From Candidatus Eiseniibacteriota bacterium (GTDB lineage: Bacteria > ARS69), in assembly GCA_052390515.1 (NCBI GenBank), contig JBQTGV010000043.1, positions 1 through 22,707 of the forward strand: a stretch of DNA of 22,707 bases, given 5' to 3'. The position numbers and the translations under genes are program-made. Positions 20,691 through 22,707 of the stretch are shown here, piece after piece. Position 1 is the stretch's first letter. The number at the start of each line of letters is the position of its first letter. The notes under the pieces were generated by a model. That model was not told the DNA's origin. It worked only from the letters and a program-made list of their open reading frames with translations, and searched no databases.

Positions 20691-21323
20691 ATGAAGGTCC
20701 ACCCGACCCGGGACGCCGGCTCGACCCACGGGAACGGCAAGGGGCACCCCGAGGTCGCCACCAAGGAGAACCCGGCACCCGGAGCCGGACCCTTCGGCCT
20801 GGCGATCTTCCTCGTGTCGCTCGCCGTGCTCTTCGCCGCGAGCGTCATCGCGTTCGTGGCCCTGCGCCTGGGTTCCCACGCCTGGCAGGCCACGGAGCCT
20901 CCGCCCCTTCCCCGCACGCTGTGGCTCAGCACTGCGCTCATCGCGGCCGGCAGCGTCACTGCGGAGATCTCGCTGCGGGCCGCCCGTGCCAACCGTCAGA
21001 CGGCGCTGCGCGTGACCCTCTTCGCCACGCTGTTCCTCGGGGTCGCGTTCCTGGCGAGCCAGACGTGGAGCTGGCTCCGGCTCGTCGAGGCCCGCACCAC
21101 GCTCACGACGAGCCTCTACGGATGGCTCTTCTATTTCCTGACCGGCCTGCACGCGCTGCACCTGATCGGCGGCCTCGTACCGCTGACGGTGATCACGGTC
21201 AACGCGTTCTACAGCCGCTACTCGCCGGTCCACCACTCCCCGGTTCGCTTCAGCACGATGTACTGGCACTTCCTGGGCGTCGTGTGGGTGACGCTCTTCG
21301 CCGTGCTGGCGCTGGGGCGGTGA
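20691..21323 (+). CDS. Second heme-copper oxidase subunit III family protein
   Basis: 210 aa, about 5 TM segments. FGLAIFLVSLAVLF, LWLSTALI, FYFLTGLHALHLIGG and MYWHFLGVVW. GGAGG lies upstream. Confidence 0.88.
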   Translation: MKVHPTRDAGSTHGNGKGHPEVATKENPAPGAGPFGLAIFLVSLAVLFAASVIAFVALRLGSHAWQATEPPPLPRTLWLSTALIAAGSVTAEISLRAARANRQTALRVTLFATLFLGVAFLASQTWSWLRLVEARTTLTTSLYGWLFYFLTGLHALHLIGGLVPLTVITVNAFYSRYSPVHHSPVRFSTMYWHFLGVVWVTLFAVLALGR

Positions 21324-21327
21324 GGGT

Positions 21328-21389
21328 CGTTTCGCGGAAAATATCCACGATGACCTCGCTCAACATCGTGACCGTTTCCCGCGAAACGG
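21328..21389. terminator. Nested inverted repeat between convergent genes, probable bidirectional terminator or RNA-stabilising hairpin
   Basis: Outer arms CGTTTCGCGG (21328-21337) and CCGCGAAACG (21379-21388); inner arms CACGATG (21346-21352) and CATCGTG (21364-21370). There is no clear U-tract on either strand. Confidence 0.55.
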
Positions 21390-21393
21390 GACG

Positions 21394-22365
21394 CTAGAAC
21401 ACGCGCCCCGGCAGCCGCGTCGGATCGAGCAGCATGAGCAGCAGCAACACCGGCAGGTAGGCGATGCTGGCGAGGAAGAGGCGCCTCGCGGCGATCTCGG
21501 AGCCCTCGCGGCAGAGGCGAAGGCCGGCGTGCAGCATCCCCAGGCCCAGCACGGTGGCGCCGGCCAGGTAGAACCAGCCCGTCATGCCCACGAGCGCGGC
21601 CGACCACGTGGCCGGGAGCAGGCCGAGGCAGTACACGAAGGCGATGCGGAACGTCGCGCGCCCGTCCGGATCGACGACCGGAAGCATGCGGAATCCTCCG
21701 CGCGCGTAGTCGGCGCGGTGCACCCAGGCGATGGCCAGGAAATGCGGGATCTGCCAGACGAAGAGGATGGCGAAGAGCACCCACGCCCCCGCCGAGAGCG
21801 TTCCCGTGGCGGCGGTCCAGCCCATCATCGGCGGGACGGCGCCGGAGACCGCACCGACGAGCGTGTTGAGCGTCGTGCGCCGCTTGAGCGGCGTGTACGC
21901 CAGCAGGTACGTGACCCAGGAGAAGAGCGCGAGGCCGGCGGTCAGCGGGTTCACCAGCTGCAGCAGCAGGACGAGCCCCGTCGCGGAGAGGCCCAGCGAG
22001 AACGCGAATCCCGAACGCGGGGAGATGCGGCCCGAAGGGAAGGGGCGCCCGCGCGTGCGGCGCATCCGGGCATCGGCCGCGGCTTCCCACCACTGGTTCA
22101 GCCCGTTGGCCCCGCCGCCCACGAGCGCGGTGCCGATCACCGCCGCGGCGAGGGCCGCCGGGTCCACCGACCCGGAGCTGGCCAGGAGGTAACCCAGCGC
22201 GGTCGTCACCAGAACGAGGGCGGTGAGCCGGGGCTTGGTCAGCTCGACGTAGGCGCGCCACGCGGCGGTCCCGACGGCGGCGCGCACATCGGGTTCGGCG
22301 GTCGTCCCGACCGCGGCACGCACCTCGGGTTCGGCGGCGGCCGAGCGGGTCGGCGCAGGATTCAC
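21394..22365 (-). CDS. ctaB: Protoheme IX farnesyltransferase (heme O synthase)
   Basis: YVELTKPRL, ANGLNQWWE...DARMRRTRGRPFPSG, YTPLKR, GAVPPMMGW and WQIPHF...DY.RGGFRMLP. The best start is GTG 22365 with AGAGGA 4 nt upstream (323 aa). The track ORF reaching 22683 is probably over-extended. Confidence 0.95.
   Translation of the reverse strand: MNPAPTRSAAAEPEVRAAVGTTAEPDVRAAVGTAAWRAYVELTKPRLTALVLVTTALGYLLASSGSVDPAALAAAVIGTALVGGGANGLNQWWEAAADARMRRTRGRPFPSGRISPRSGFAFSLGLSATGLVLLLQLVNPLTAGLALFSWVTYLLAYTPLKRRTTLNTLVGAVSGAVPPMMGWTAATGTLSAGAWVLFAILFVWQIPHFLAIAWVHRADYARGGFRMLPVVDPDGRATFRIAFVYCLGLLPATWSAALVGMTGWFYLAGATVLGLGMLHAGLRLCREGSEIAARRLFLASIAYLPVLLLLMLLDPTRLPGRVF
22268..22336. repeat. In-frame tandem duplication, period 36 bp, in the ctaB N-terminus
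   Basis: 22268-22300 and 22304-22336 match at 30 of 33 nt and encode AEPEVRAAVGTT / AEPDVRAAVGTA. Confidence 0.9.
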
Positions 22366-22396
22366 GGTGTCCTCTGGGTGCAGGATGCGGCGCGCC

Positions 22397-22425
22397 ATGG
22401 TGCGCCAGCCGGAGGGCTGCGTCAA
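22397..22425 (-). promoter_or_regulatory. Putative promoter for ctaB
   Basis: On the minus strand TTGACG (22425-22420), 17 nt, CACCAT (22402-22397), consistent with the GTG 22365 start. Confidence 0.4.
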
Positions 22426-22454
22426 GGCCACGGGGTAGGAGCCACGACCGTCCC

Positions 22455-22482
22455 TTGCCACGGAGCCCGCGGCGCGTACGAT
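22455..22482 (+). promoter_or_regulatory. Putative promoter for the divergent right-edge ORF
   Basis: TTGCCA (22455-22460), 16 nt, TACGAT (22477-22482). Confidence 0.45.
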
Positions 22483-22521
22483 GGATCCTCGCCGGGTCCC
22501 GCTCCCCGGGGAGGAATCCAC

Positions 22522-22707
22522 ATGCCGCTCCGGAGTCCGGTACACCGCCGTGCGCTCCGGATCGCCGCGGCGGCCGGCGCCGCCCTCGTCGTCGTCGCCG
22601 GGCTGCGCCGCGCCGGGCGCACCCCCCCACGTCCCCCGCCCCGGCCCCCCGGCGGCGCCCGCCGGGGGGGGAGCGACAACCAAAGCCCGGGGCGCGGGGG
22701 GGGCGAC
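22522..22707 (+). CDS. 5' fragment of a hypothetical exported or membrane-anchored protein; runs off the right edge
   Basis: GGAGGA shortly upstream of ATG 22522. MPLRSPVHRRALRIAAAAGAALVVVAGL has a basic n-region and a hydrophobic stretch, and the frame stays open to the edge. Sequence after ~22610 looks unreliable. Confidence 0.5.
   Translation, partial: MPLRSPVHRRALRIAAAAGAALVVVAGLRRAGRTPPRPPPRPPGGARRGGSDNQSPGRGGGD

Noticed and set aside
22610-22707. C- and G-run-rich tract resembling a G-quadruplex/i-motif or Pro-rich linker
   Set aside because: It is an abrupt shift to homopolymer runs at the very end of the sequence, typical of low-quality read ends. It cannot be interpreted without read data.

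Overview
High-GC bacterial chromosomal region devoted almost entirely to aerobic respiration. From left to right it holds: a truncated type III polyketide synthase on the minus strand (absent from the supplied ORF track); a fused E2-E1 2-oxoglutarate dehydrogenase (Kgd/OdhA type); a heme A synthase (CtaA/COX15) with an extra ~130-aa N-terminal membrane region, translationally coupled to an ABC-2 (DrrAB-like) exporter pair; and a ~13.5-kb tightly coupled operon. That operon encodes alternative complex III (actABCDEFG), a SCO copper chaperone and an A2-type caa3 cytochrome c oxidase (subunits II, I, III, IV and a second subunit III). A convergent heme O synthase (ctaB) and the start of a divergent ORF at a low-complexity, probably poor-quality right edge close the window. 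The ACIII-caa3 architecture is known biology. The least explained part is the extended-CtaA plus ABC exporter module. I saw no mobile elements, CRISPR arrays or RNA genes. All calls come from motif recognition by eye, without database searches.
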